NCBI GenBank assembly: GCA_000002445.1
Contig: CP000070.1
Coordinates: 896,001-960,000 of the forward strand
Source: Trypanosoma brucei
Taxonomy: Eukaryota
Length of the DNA: 64,000 nt
Direction: 5' to 3'
Position numbers and translations under genes: made by a program. The stretch's first letter is position 1; each line of letters starts with the position of its first letter. The notes beneath the pieces were generated by a model. It was given only the letters and a program-made list of their open reading frames with translations, searched no databases and had not been told where the DNA came from. Shown here one piece after another: positions 11,346 to 20,850 of the stretch.

Positions 11346-12794
11346 TCAGGAGCCATAACGCATGGACGGCATCCCGTCTCCCCACGACTTGGTGTGCCGT
11401 GGCCAATCCTCATCATCCGTGTTGTTCAATCCCTTTGCATTAATTCTTGGTTCCTTCCGTAGCTCATTTTCAAGTCCTATCTCCCCAAGTGATGCGTACG
11501 GACGCATCCGGCGCTTTGAGCGAGTCTCCATCTTGCGGTAACGCCGTCCGTATTCATCCTGGTCGCCGTGGACGATGGCATTTACTCTGTTCGCATAAAC
11601 CTTTCGGGAAAGCCTCTTGAAGGGTTTATCGGGGACCTCCAAGGATTGTAGCATCTCGGCAATGCTGCCATCCCCGCTTCTGCCACTTAGCTTCTTGTGC
11701 GCACGCTTCTCCTCCGCGCTCATAAGAAAAGTACGTTCTGCCTCTTCCTTGCTTCGCCTCACACGGGCTCGCGCTAGTTCCTCGGGATCCAACGGCCACT
11801 GTCCCTTGGTATCCAGCCCATTTTCCACATGTTGCGCAATGAACGCGATTCGCTGACTATAGTCTACGACGCGAGAGGGCCATAGTTCGAATGCGTCCGG
11901 TTTCCTCAGGGCCAACCGCCTAAGTATTGATGCACGCTTTTGGCGCTTCCGCTGAAGCCAATGAAAGCGTCGTTTGCCTTGCCGCGCATCACGCAACTCA
12001 GCTAACGTAAGTGTTTCTTCCTTTGCTGCCTTGTACTCCTTTGCCTTTTTCAATCGCTCCCACTCACGCCTTCGTCTATCCAATGGCATGCGCCCTAGGG
12101 TAACGCGAAGGGCCTCATCCTTCTCCGTCAAGCCGAGTGAGCCAAACTTTACTCGGTCTCGTATGCTATAAGGGAGTGCATTCACCCACTCAGGAAAATA
12201 CGTATCGTCATCAAGCATGTAAGCATCAAGGCGTAGGGAAGGATACACGCCGTACTCTTCCACCAACCGTGTTTGATGGCGTTCAATAGTTTCTGCTTCA
12301 TTATCCGCGTGGCGCAGTTCCTTGAACAACCGGTGGAACTCCCTCGCACCGACGGGCTGTCCAAATTTATCCATCATGTGGTTTCGACGGTCAACCTCAT
12401 TTTCCATCAATTCCCGCAACGCGGTAGAGCACTTTTCACCGGGTGTGGGCGAGATGAGCGCCTGTTCATCAATTACTCTTGCGATTTCGTTGGCGTTACC
12501 TCCCAGGGGCTTGTCGCATCCAATATGAAGTTCTCTCTCAGTTACGTAGCCACTCTGTATCTTATCCAACTCTTTTCGCTGCTTCTCTTCACGAAGAAGA
12601 ATATCTTGTTTTTTTGCCACCTTGCTGATGGCTGCTATGCTCTTCTTGTTTCGGTATGCATGTGGCTCCGTGAAGGGATCGCCGCGTTCCCGGTCTGTGA
12701 GGAGCCCTTTGTTGAAATTGACACCACCAGACGTTGAGCGACGCCCGAACGGCAGCCGCTTGAAGGACACGTAACGGAGGGACGAATGCCACAT
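11346..12794 (-). CDS. Hypothetical protein (482 aa), charged K/R/E-rich, N-terminus resembles a mitochondrial presequence
   Basis: Uninterrupted ORF with no low-complexity translation. The N-terminus 'MWHSSLRYVSFKRLPFGRRS' is basic and hydroxylated like a mitochondrial targeting peptide. I recognised no named domain. Confidence 0.5.
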   Translation of the reverse strand: MWHSSLRYVSFKRLPFGRRSTSGGVNFNKGLLTDRERGDPFTEPHAYRNKKSIAAISKVAKKQDILLREEKQRKELDKIQSGYVTERELHIGCDKPLGGNANEIARVIDEQALISPTPGEKCSTALRELMENEVDRRNHMMDKFGQPVGAREFHRLFKELRHADNEAETIERHQTRLVEEYGVYPSLRLDAYMLDDDTYFPEWVNALPYSIRDRVKFGSLGLTEKDEALRVTLGRMPLDRRRREWERLKKAKEYKAAKEETLTLAELRDARQGKRRFHWLQRKRQKRASILRRLALRKPDAFELWPSRVVDYSQRIAFIAQHVENGLDTKGQWPLDPEELARARVRRSKEEAERTFLMSAEEKRAHKKLSGRSGDGSIAEMLQSLEVPDKPFKRLSRKVYANRVNAIVHGDQDEYGRRYRKMETRSKRRMRPYASLGEIGLENELRKEPRINAKGLNNTDDEDWPRHTKSWGDGMPSMRYGS

Positions 12795-13321
12795 GTACGT
12801 TTCCTTTTCTTCCCATACGTGATTAGAGTTATTTTATTAATGTTGTGTGAATATCGACCACCCCGCCGTAGGCGATAAGAATAATGAGAAGTGAAATGGA
12901 GATAAGGAAAGGAGTACAGCGTGCTCTGCTGAAGCGAATTAGAAAAAAAAATGTTGTCAGTAAGACTTGAGGCGTTACACCGTGGCTTGACGCACCGTTC
13001 ATCCTTTTTTTGTTACGTTCACTTGACTTACGTCGTACGGTAGTGGACCCACTTCAAAACGAAAACTGCATGGATATATCAAACATTCGTTTTTCATAAT
13101 CGCGCGAATATACGCGTGCGTTAACTTCGTTTCCCTTCGACTTCCCTTCGATTCATTAAATCTAATTTATATACTCCCCGAGACGGTAGGAGCCGTTCAC
13201 CGCCTTCCTTTCTTTTCCTCGATACCCCAAAATACTCGTACGCACTTCTCTCCCTGTTTTACGGGCATTACAAATGACCGCATCTCACACTCACACTGAT
13301 ACTCATATATGCCATTCCTTA

Positions 13322-13726
13322 CTAATGCAGAGCTTTCGACCTCTTGTATGACATGGCGCGATAAATGTTGTAGCCGTGTACAGCCGCCAAACACACATTG
13401 ACAGCAGCAAGAGACCGACTGCCAGAGTTTTGCGGCTGAATGAGAAGTGCGTACACAAACCACAACAAACCAGTCGTGCAGAGAGCCGCGCTGGAGTTGA
13501 CGTCAATCTTTTCAACCGGTGGGTTCCCAACAAATATACCGTAGAGCGGAACGATGCTCAGCATCCACTTGAACGAGGGCGCTAGATTATAGACAGAATT
13601 CAGGTAAGCAACCACACCATACTTTTCGTACGATTTGAGGCACTGAAACACCCTTCCATTTCCAACATATTTGTGCAGCGGCTTTGGGAACAACTTGGGG
13701 ATGGCTTGTTTTGTGGTTGCAGACAT
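13322..13726 (-). CDS. Mitochondrial pyruvate carrier subunit (MPC family, 134 aa)
   Basis: Small ORF with the MPC/UPF0041 signature 'FVYALLIQPQNSGSRSLAAVNVCLAAVHGYNIYR', which matches the pattern FMRFA..QPRN..L.ACH..N..Q..R. It has 2-3 predicted TM helices. Confidence 0.65.
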   Translation of the reverse strand: MSATTKQAIPKLFPKPLHKYVGNGRVFQCLKSYEKYGVVAYLNSVYNLAPSFKWMLSIVPLYGIFVGNPPVEKIDVNSSAALCTTGLLWFVYALLIQPQNSGSRSLAAVNVCLAAVHGYNIYRAMSYKRSKALH

Positions 13727-13995
13727 GTTTTCTCGTTTGACTCTGCTATTATTTTTCTTCCCCTCTTTCTCCTCCCCCCTTTACACCCCAAAGGACGAGA
13801 ACCGTAGAGGTGAGTGGATTGTTTAAGAGCGGTGAGCGGAAAAAAACAAACACAAGAAATGTCTTCTCCCAAATCATGAAGAAAAAAAAAAGGTGAAAGT
13901 AAAACAATGAAGGGAAGTCGCTTTCCCATTTTCAGGGAAACGATGTTAATAAGTGAAAGCATTTCCAAGTGGCCTCACACTCCGCAAACACACAG

Positions 13996-14050
13996 GCACA
14001 AATATATATATATATATATATATATGCGCATACATATATATATATCTATA
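13996..14050. repeat. (TA)n microsatellite in the 3' flank of the Vac14-like gene
   Basis: 'atatatatatatatatatatatatgcgcatacatatatatatatc'. Confidence 0.9.
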
Positions 14051-14068
14051 TTTGTATGTATCTGTACT

Positions 14069-16144
14069 TTACAAAATGTCGGCATCCCCCATCTGCTGCA
14101 GAAAGAATCTCCGCTCGAACTCTGCAGTGCATCTCTGTGCCTCTTTGCTCTGATTCAAAAGTTGCTCCCAAATGGCGTTGTTGCTGCCCTGTACAGCGTT
14201 TGCTGAATCCTCTCTCTCGAGTCGCGCTAAGGATGGAATTGTTTTGATACGCCGGTATAGAATCATGTATTGCGGAGAGCACTGAGGTAATATCAGCTGC
14301 ATTGCAAAAAGTGTTCTAACAAGCGGAAGACATTTGGATGGCTCCATCAACGCTATTCGCACGTATGAAAGGGCGGGGGTTTCGATAAGCCGGACCAGGC
14401 GCTCCAGTTGCACGAGTGTGTTAGCCGACATCTCACAGGATCCCATGAAACGGACGAGTTGATAAGCGTGCTCGTAGGCACGGGATAAGAAGCAAAGCGA
14501 AAGCGCCGACACGGTGTTATAGCAAAAACAGTTATATAAGCCTAGAAACGCCTCGCGAGCGCGCGCGTCATCGACGCCCCGGTGGAGGACTTCGCGAAGC
14601 GGGAGGAGCTCCCTTGAGGTTAAGAGCATAGTGTTGAGCGTGATTACGAACTTCTCCACGAAACGCTTATCTTTGTGCGAGGAAACAACGTCAGCAAGCT
14701 TGAGACAGAGCTTTTCACATTGACCCAAGTCCTCCTCTTGATACCGGAGTTGCAATTGCTTTATGATTGTTGGCACTTTTGGAAGTAGCACATCCGCCTT
14801 CGTATGGATCAAGTCCACAAGACGAGCTATGAAGTGGTCAAAATGTACCTCACCTGATATCAGACACAATACTTCAATACACTTGTGCACAACGTGGAGG
14901 GAGCGGTCGCACAGCAGCGCTACGGTTGTATCAAAACTCGCATCGAAGCAACACTCCAGGACGTCTGGAGCCGCGTGCAAGACAAGCACTATCCACTCCA
15001 ATGCGGCGACGCGCACCTCCTCGACACTACGATCCGCGAGCTGTTCCAGTACACCCTTCAGGACGGCTTCGTACGGAATAGCTTTTGTGTCGTCACGTGG
15101 TGCCGCAATGAACTGAGTAATCTTCTGGTTAACCTTCTGAGCCGCAAGGCGTGTCTCAAGATCCTTAGACCCTAATTGTGATAGACACGCTTTTACAACG
15201 CCATCAGTGAGATCCAGAAGCTCCAATGCCCCGACGGTGTGCAGCTCTGATATCCACTCCAGCGCACTTTTCTTTGCCAGAGCCGCATTTGCATCCTGCA
15301 CACATTCACATGCTATGGAAACGAGTTTCGCCACCCGTACGTCCACGTGTCGAGTGAACGCATCTTTTGTCTTACCAAGACATTTTTGGAGCAACGACAA
15401 AGCTTCTGAACCGTTACATGTTCCCGAGAGAAGCAACAGGGGTTTTAGCAGCTGCCATAACTGAATAATAAAGTCATCGCCGGGGAGATTAAGAACGTGG
15501 TAAATCCACTCGAGGCACCATTCGACCACAGCTGAGTGAGTGCTGCCTTCATCGCCTGTCGCGCAACAGAAGGGTACCAGGGTTTCGTTGATGAAGGTCA
15601 CAAAAAGCTCCGTCTTGAATGAAAAGTTATCATTCCCCGTAACGAGCTCACGAATGGCGGACGATACCTCCCTTGCGAGCAATACCACACGTTTATCCCC
15701 CTCGCTTATCCCGCAAGCCACTCCACGAAACGTGCGAAGGAAGCAGAAGTTGAGAAGCTGTTGCTGCAGGTTGCGCACAAGTGCATGAGCAGCCTCAAAA
15801 GCTGCCATCCTCACGGACACATCCACATCTGCAACGCTGTCGAATACAATTGTTGCAAGGTCCTCAACCAGCCTCTGTTCATGATTTCTAGGAGGCAGTG
15901 ACGCTATAATCGCCCTAATCGCAATCATGCCACCCCTACGGTACGTCGGGGAAGTGGTCCGAAGTAAACTTCTTTCAATTTCATGCAATTCCTTCGTGGT
16001 TATTTCATATGCCTCTGTGATAGAGCTACTTCGGAATACCGTTGACACCTTTTGTGAGACTTCCTTTGCACCCTTCTGCCGCAGCTCTACCTTCGCGTCT
16101 ACCAAAAGCTTGAACGACCGCGCGGGGACGAAGGACTCCCCCAT
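14069..16144 (-). CDS. HEAT-repeat protein, Vac14-like (scaffold of the PIKfyve/Fab1-Fig4 complex), 691 aa
   Basis: The N-terminal 250 aa show Vac14-like repeat spacing. Blocks 'LRQKGAKEVSQKV', 'YRRGGMIAIRAI', 'DVDVSVRMAAFEAAHALV' and 'DKRVVLLAREVSSAIRELV' are comparable to the Vac14 blocks LYEKRKAAALELEKLV, ARKGGLIGLAA, DQNDQVRYYACESLYNI and NSVRGAAELLDRLIKDIV. The whole protein is an alpha-solenoid. Confidence 0.5.
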   Translation of the reverse strand: MGESFVPARSFKLLVDAKVELRQKGAKEVSQKVSTVFRSSSITEAYEITTKELHEIERSLLRTTSPTYRRGGMIAIRAIIASLPPRNHEQRLVEDLATIVFDSVADVDVSVRMAAFEAAHALVRNLQQQLLNFCFLRTFRGVACGISEGDKRVVLLAREVSSAIRELVTGNDNFSFKTELFVTFINETLVPFCCATGDEGSTHSAVVEWCLEWIYHVLNLPGDDFIIQLWQLLKPLLLLSGTCNGSEALSLLQKCLGKTKDAFTRHVDVRVAKLVSIACECVQDANAALAKKSALEWISELHTVGALELLDLTDGVVKACLSQLGSKDLETRLAAQKVNQKITQFIAAPRDDTKAIPYEAVLKGVLEQLADRSVEEVRVAALEWIVLVLHAAPDVLECCFDASFDTTVALLCDRSLHVVHKCIEVLCLISGEVHFDHFIARLVDLIHTKADVLLPKVPTIIKQLQLRYQEEDLGQCEKLCLKLADVVSSHKDKRFVEKFVITLNTMLLTSRELLPLREVLHRGVDDARAREAFLGLYNCFCYNTVSALSLCFLSRAYEHAYQLVRFMGSCEMSANTLVQLERLVRLIETPALSYVRIALMEPSKCLPLVRTLFAMQLILPQCSPQYMILYRRIKTIPSLARLEREDSANAVQGSNNAIWEQLLNQSKEAQRCTAEFERRFFLQQMGDADIL

Positions 16145-16195
16145 CGTGTGCTTCTAAAAGTGCCTTCGCCAAGTCCCCGTTTAAACAAAAAAGAA

Positions 16196-16242
16196 ATATA
16201 TATATATATATATATAAGATGTCTAATTTCAAGCATGAACGA

Positions 16243-16274
<32 letters not shown>
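16196..16274. repeat. Compound (TA)n ... (CA)n microsatellite
   Basis: 'tatatatatatatatataagatg...cacacacacacacacacacacacacacc'. Confidence 0.9.
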
Positions 16275-17362
16275 CAAGAACTGTAACAAGAAGCATTAAG
16301 ACATGCACTGGCACGTGGCATCGAGGACGCAGAGGGAAAGTAAAAGGAAAGGAAAAATGATACCGGTAGTGAAAGGGAAAAATAGAATTGCAAACATGTA
16401 CTCGTGCCAACCCGGCCCCCACCTTCCTTTTTCGTTTTAAATATTTGCTCGTGGTTGCACTTCACCATTTAGAGGGCATTAAGGAACGAGACCACGTCGC
16501 CTGTGGTTGAAAAAAGCATCACAACCCGAAACCACAGCTCATCTGACAGCGTTATTAAGGGAGAAAAGTGACACGATCTCTCCCCAACATTACAAACCGA
16601 ACGGGATTGTGATGACTGACACGCAAAACATGGGGGTTCACCTCTACAACGAAAGTCGCACGACCCACCACCAGTACAAACCGATACAACGGTTGCTGCT
16701 TTACATTCATTTTACGAAGACTAGCAACCAGTAGACCACATCACGCACCGCGAAGTTCAGGTAAAATCGTCATACTTTTTAAATACCATAGACAAACACA
16801 GGCACATATATATACAATACCGCCCCAAACTGTCATTGACTGATGCTTTATCCATCCCTTCAGCAGCACAAAGCGTTAAGTCGCTGCCGCAGATATCCGC
16901 TGTAAGCGTTACATTGCTTTCACCACTACGTTTCAGGGACGAGCCGCTCTTAGAGTATATGAGGAGTGGTAGAAAACTATCCAATGGTAATGAGCAAACA
17001 TGGAGTAACATAAACCCAGTGATGGACGCAACAACCACACAGCATATCCAACATGTGGTGCCGAAGGGCAAAAGAAGCGAGCAAAGATAGCAATACATGT
17101 GAAGAGACAAAGGAAAAACTAAGCGCAGACACAAGTATACATGAAGATATGCCCCGTACGTACCACGCGAAAAAGCTCCCTTCCGTCCCTTCTCCTTTTT
17201 TTTTCTTCTTTGTGTAGTGAAAAAAATAATTAAGCGGACCCAAGCCTTTGTAAGGAGGGCTCGTGTGTATTGAGGTGTGTGTGTGTGTGGGGGGGGGAGG
17301 AACGAAAGGAAAGGAAAGCAACAGCGGCACGAACACCCCGCCGCTTTTGTTAGCGCATTAGC

Positions 17363-18196
17363 TCACACACTTTCCTCGTCAGACTTGCCTTTATTTGATA
17401 AACTTCTCACAATGGTTCGTGTAAATGCATCCACAGTATGGGGATCAAGCGAATAGGGAATGGTGTTCCCATCGCCGTAAAGGACTTCTTCTATAAGACC
17501 CCACAGAGACTCTTCTGTTGGTTCAATCACACTCTCATTCAGACGTGCAGCATACTCACTTAGTATAACTCCCGTTACTTTAAGCATGAGCTCCATTGTT
17601 AACATGGGGCCTGCCTTTATCATAGTGGGTTTCATTTCGATTTCCCCTTCCCGTCCTTCATTACCTGCAATATCTGTCTCCAGTGGTGGTAGCTTGGACG
17701 GTTGACTGTTTTCATTCCGTTGATTGTTTGAGTCATGACTTATTGCACATTTATTACCACACACTTCCCTCTTTTCTACAGCTGCTGTGGAGCCGCTACC
17801 GACGTTGGAAGGGCCGCGTTGGGCGAGACGAGGTGTGTGCTGCGATGATGTTGGGCGATCGGGCTCCTCGGAAGATGGCGTTACGGGGGCATGCACCAGC
17901 AAACGGCCATAATTATGTAATACACTTGCTGATTGCCCGTCAAGTGGCACATAGCAGCCCTCTTCTGAACTAAAAAAGAACAAATGAGACCCAAGAAGGG
18001 CCGATGGACCAGCGCCTGCTGATTGTTGCTTCAGTTGGACGAACTGATTTCGAATCTGCTGCAACATGTCCTCCGCAGAAAGGGGATTTCGTACCCTCAG
18101 TTGTACTCGCTGCGGTGCCTGGTCGTGCAAGGAAGAGTGCACCAAAAATTCCATTTTGCCAAAGTCACCACATGCCATTTTGTTGCACTTCCGCAA
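17363..18196 (-). CDS. Hypothetical protein (277 aa)
   Basis: Clean ORF with a purine-rich tract on the plus strand (polypyrimidine on the minus strand) immediately upstream. I recognised no domain. Confidence 0.45.
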   Translation of the reverse strand: MRKCNKMACGDFGKMEFLVHSSLHDQAPQRVQLRVRNPLSAEDMLQQIRNQFVQLKQQSAGAGPSALLGSHLFFFSSEEGCYVPLDGQSASVLHNYGRLLVHAPVTPSSEEPDRPTSSQHTPRLAQRGPSNVGSGSTAAVEKREVCGNKCAISHDSNNQRNENSQPSKLPPLETDIAGNEGREGEIEMKPTMIKAGPMLTMELMLKVTGVILSEYAARLNESVIEPTEESLWGLIEEVLYGDGNTIPYSLDPHTVDAFTRTIVRSLSNKGKSDEESV

Positions 18197-18204
18197 ACCG
18201 GTAG

Positions 18205-18365
18205 TTTGGTGGGAAGAGCCGCCGTCAGTAGCAAAGAAAAAGAAACAAATGATGATGTGCGGTACTTACTTCTTTTTTGCCGTTGTGGAAAGTAGGAGAG
18301 ACGATGTGTGCACAGAAGAAATATAACATGAAAAGAAAAAAAAAGAGAACGAAGGCAAACAGAAT
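18205..18365 (-). promoter_or_regulatory. Polypyrimidine-rich tract (on the coding minus strand) upstream of the 277-aa gene. Candidate trans-splice acceptor region.
   Basis: The plus strand is purine-rich ('agcaaagaaaaagaaacaaatg...gaaaagaaaaaaaaagagaacgaaggc'), so it is pyrimidine-rich on the transcribed strand just 5' of the ATG at 18196. Trypanosomatid trans-splicing uses such tracts. The exact AG acceptor is not determinable by eye. Confidence 0.3.
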
Positions 18366-18984
18366 TATGTATGTTACAATTTAACACCTAAAATATCTCA
18401 ACGCTTTTATCATCGCACAACACGACTGGTCCCAGCCTACCGAGCCACTTGTTAAGGGTGCTATGCTGCTTGCTCATACGTAAACCAACTTCAAAAAAAA
18501 ATAAAACAAAATCATCCATCTCCACGATGCACCGGCTCTAAAAGCATCAGGACCCGAAAGCATTTGAACAATTCCCCCCTCTGCAAATTTAACCGAAGCA
18601 CAGCCTTTACGCTCCATTTCAAATGATGGCACGACTCCAAAAGAAAAAGAAGCACCCGCCACTTGCATTCCCCTGCCAATATAACAAAGCTTCATAATTC
18701 GTACTGCACCAATTACCGCCGTTGAGGTAAATCTCCAATATCCTCATTTGCCGCGTTCACGCATTTTGAAGAACCAACAACCAAAACCCATGAAGAATTC
18801 ATATACGCGGATAAGCATGGGTGGAAGAGCAACTAATATATGATACCGTGAACTAACGATAAATAAATCGCACACATATCGTCTCTGCATAAAGGAAGAA
18901 ATGAAATGAAATTTGTACTGAAGATGAAGAATTAAAGCAGATATAAAAACATGAACAGGATCCCAAGCGACCTACACACAAAGG

Positions 18985-19006
18985 CACACACACACACACA
19001 CACACG
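18985..19006. repeat. (CA)n microsatellite
   Basis: 'cacacacacacacacacacacg'. Confidence 0.85.
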
Positions 19007-20672
19007 CATGTGCAAAAGCACGCGCATATATACACAAATCACTTCCCGTATTGAAGGTTCAGGTGTGAGATGGTATAAATATATGTGGATGCATGCGGAT
19101 TCGTGTGTGAGTCGCGAAGATGAGAGGAAGATCTCAGTTGGCCATCGAAAGAACAAGGCTTAAAAACAAAAAAAAAAGATGGTACTCGTTCCCTTCCCAT
19201 TGGAGTGGTGCGAATGCTTCACCCCTCTACGGTTATACGTACATGTGGTCTCTTCACTATTGTTCCCTCACGACACCTTCATCAGCATTCACCTTCTTCT
19301 TCTTGTCAAATCATATTCTTTTTCTTTCGTTTCATTTCCTTTAAAAATGCTTTATTTTATTTGTGTCAATTCAATTCATTACATATTTTTCTCCTTCTTG
19401 TTCCTGCTTTTTTTTAAATTAATTTTCCCCCTTGCGTTCATCGCTTTTCCAACCTCTCCCCCCACTGAACTAACGACCCAACTTCACATAGACGTGGCAT
19501 GTTGATATAATACGTGGTGGTCGGCGAACAAACAAATAATCACAAGCACAATAATCTTCTTCTTTCCCTAAAAGTCAACAAACAGTAAAGTAAACAAACA
19601 AATAATTATATGATTATATATAATTATATATAGAACCAGAAAGAAGGGAAAGATATAAAATGAAATAGAGGCAGGGGCTTGGGCGACGGGGGATGGGGTG
19701 GGGAAGCTTAAAATAAAAAAACAAATAGAAGAAGAGAAATAAAGAGATAGAAGGGGAGAGGGGGGGGGCAAGCGATGCTAGATACAAGGTACACACCTCT
19801 CACTTCCGTACACACCTTCACTGGCACCGACACCTGTACAAAATAGCAGGAAAGCACATACGGAGCGAGTACGTGGTGTGAACAAAAAAAAAAGAAGAGG
19901 AAAAAGAACAAAACAAAATAAAAACATTAAATACAGCTGAAGAAAGGATACACTGCCCCCTCCCCCCGCCCCCATGCTCCTCGAAAGTGAAAAACAAAAC
20001 AAAACAAAGCGCTGATTCCCACACCTTCACGGGTGAACATATATGTTACTGAAATGAGGAAAAACCAGATTGGGGAATGGGAGGAAGGATATACGTAGAG
20101 GGATTATGTGTCCATTTGTTATGGTTTTGTTGTGTTTCACTTCCCGCTGCGCAGGTAACATAGCCCCCATTTCACCTCCCATCCTTCGTTATTCTTTTAT
20201 TTTTCTTTCCTCTATTTCCTCTCGTTTCTGCCTCCTCGTTTCTTTTCCTTTTGTTTTGCTTTTAACATGACGAAAACAAAGAGAAGAATTAATGTCACCA
20301 TCATTTACCCTGTAGGTCAGCCAAAATCCTCATCTTCCACTACTGTCCACGCACAACCACATACATACGCTTAAACTATGTGTCTTCCTTTCTCCACCTT
20401 TTCCTCTTTTTCTTGGCAAACACTTTCGTTCTGTTTTTTCCCTTTCTTTTGTTTTTTCGTTTTCTTCCTAAAATGTCTTTGGGCTTCGAAGTCAACATAA
20501 CAAATACTTCCTCAATGCGCCTTCTCTTCTCTTTATTTCTTTTTTTGTTTCTTAAAGCATTTATTTTTGTATGGGGCTTTAGTATGATGGCTACGCAATA
20601 CCGCTTCATTAGCTTTATTTTTCTCAAGCATCTTACGCCAGCATCCGGTGAAGACACAGTAAAAAAAAAAAG

Positions 20673-20673
<1 letters not shown>

Positions 20674-20701
<28 letters not shown>
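20674..20701. repeat. (TA)n microsatellite
   Basis: 'tatatatatatatatatatatatatata', about 150 bp downstream (in the transcript sense) of the C2-repeat gene stop. Confidence 0.9.
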
Positions 20702-20703
<2 letters not shown>

Positions 20704-20850
20704 TCGCGCACATCTGCCATTGCTGTTGAACTCGCGCTCGGTCAAATGTCACTTCCCTTTTCAACAAAGTGCCGGGGCGTGAGGAAGAGGGAATCTCCCA
20801 CATATATTCCTTACCTCTATATACATCCTTTTGAGGTTCAGAAACCCCTT

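Noticed and set aside
11099-11416. 105-aa minus-strand ORF with a hydrophobic C-terminal half, immediately 3' of the 482-aa gene
   Set aside because: It overlaps the stop region of the upstream gene with no space for polypyrimidine or trans-splice signals. It is most likely 3'UTR of the 482-aa gene. There is only a low chance it is a real small TM protein.
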